From: Malacoraja senta
Taxonomy: Eukaryota
Length of the DNA: 64,000 nucleotides
Assembly: GCA_038087875.1 (NCBI GenBank)
Contig: JAXLNO010000226.1
Location: 62,001-126,000 of the forward strand
Reading direction: 5' to 3'
Shown here: positions 62,848-64,000 of the stretch, piece by piece
Position numbering within the stretch: position 1 is the first letter of the stretch
Layout of the letters: each line of letters opens with the position of its first letter
Translations under genes and position numbers: made by a program
Notes under the pieces: generated by a model
The model's database searches: none
What the model was told of the DNA's origin: nothing
Seen by the model: the letters and a program-made list of their open reading frames with translations, nothing else

Positions 62848-63437
62848 AAGTTGTACAGGGCCCTAGTGAGACCACACCTGGAGTGTTGTGTGCAGTTTTG
62901 GTCCCCTAATTTGAGGAAGGACATTCTTGCTATTGAGGGAGTGCAGCGTAGGTTTACAAGGTTAATTCCCGGGATGGCGGGACTGTCATATGCTGAGAGA
63001 ATGGAGCGGCTAGGCTTGTATACTCTGGAGTTTAGAAGGATGAGAGGGCATCTCATTGAAACATATAAGATTGTTAAGGGCTTGGACACGCTAGAGGCAG
63101 GAAACATGTTCCCGATGTTGCGGGAGTCCAGAACCAGGGGCCACAGTTTAAGAATAAGGAGTAAGCCATTTAGAACGGAGACGAGGAAACACTTTTTCTC
63201 ACAGAGAGTGGTGAGTCTGTGGAATTCTCTGCCTCAGAGGGCGGTGGAGGCAGGTTCTCTGGATGCTTTCAAAAGAGAGCTAGATAGGGCTCTTAAAAAT
63301 AGCGGAGTCATGGGATTTGGGGAGAAGGCAGGAACGGGGTACTGATTGGGGATGATCAGCCATGATCACATTGAACGGCGGTGCAACGGCTCGAAGGGCC
63401 GAATGGCCTACTCCTGCACCTATTGTCTATTGTCTAT
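62848..63437 (+). mobile_element. CR1-clade LINE 3' fragment; many more copies, e.g. 33640-34520 (-), 42316-42770 (-), 55844-56388 (-), 57070-57527 (-), 60724-61155 (-)
   Basis: C-terminal part of ORF 62641-63345. Confidence 0.88.
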
Positions 63438-64000
63438 AACATCGTGTAGCTCACGATCCCATTTGCCAGGGATCGACCTCTGAGCTCCAACTCTGAGAAG
63501 CCTGCGGGACTTACCATCGCGGAGCTCGCGGTCCCTGGTTACTGACCGACTTCGCGAGCTCCAAGCTGCAGGAGCTTCGACCGCCCCGACACGGGAGCTT
63601 CGATCGCCAGCTGTGGGAGCTTTGATCGCCCCGACTGCGGATGGTGTAACTGCCCCGACCGCGGGAGAATGAAGAGGGAAGAAGATTGGACTTTATTGCC
63701 TTCCATCAGTAAGGAATGTGGGGAATCCGCTGTGGTGGATGTTTATGTTAACTTTTATGTAGTTGTGTGTCTTTTTTATTTTCGTTTGGCTGTATGGTAA
63801 TTCGCATATCACTGCACCTTAATTGGTGCACGTGACAATAAATGACCTTTGAAACCTTTGAAATGACGAGGAATTTCTTTAGTCAGAAGGTGGCGAATCT
63901 GTGGATTCTTTCCCATAGATGGCTGTGAAAGCCAAGTCATTGGGTATTTTTAAGGCAGAGATTGACAGATTCTTGATTAGTCCGGGTGTCAAGGGTTATG

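Noticed and set aside
62641..63345. 234-aa ORF as an intact gene
   Set aside because: C-terminal CR1 ORF2 fragment joined to unrelated repeat sequence; no RT core
56707..64000. Upstream SCAP exons 2-4 or promoter
   Set aside because: I found no matching peptide or promoter-like region; they probably lie beyond the window end

Overview
Vertebrate genomic DNA, most likely a skate or ray (inferred from the HE1-type V-SINE, CR1 and Penelope repeat content). The window holds 16 internal coding exons of SCAP (SREBP cleavage-activating protein) on the minus strand. They correspond to human exons 5-20 (numbering by recalled homology) and cover luminal loop 1, the sterol-sensing domain with YIYF and MELADL, loop 7, TM8 and part of the WD40 domain. 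Start and stop codons lie outside the window. All exons have GT-AG boundaries and compatible phases, except the exon-20 equivalent, which carries two 1-bp deletions. The introns are mostly nested mobile elements: CR1, Rex1/Babar, L2 and L1-like LINE fragments, tRNA-derived SINEs, Penelope-like elements (PLEs) with hammerhead-like motifs, a decayed DD34E Tc1 transposon, three hAT-type non-autonomous elements with 8-bp target-site duplications (TSDs), Harbinger-like MITEs and a possible Helitron. There is a 200-N gap at 45597-45796. The most unusual structures are an antisense copy of SCAP exon 7 inside intron 9, two more local inverted duplications of unique intron DNA, and dozens of minimal hammerhead-like motifs. 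I cannot show that any of these is a new functional system. Repeat boundaries are approximate and the repeat list is representative, not exhaustive.
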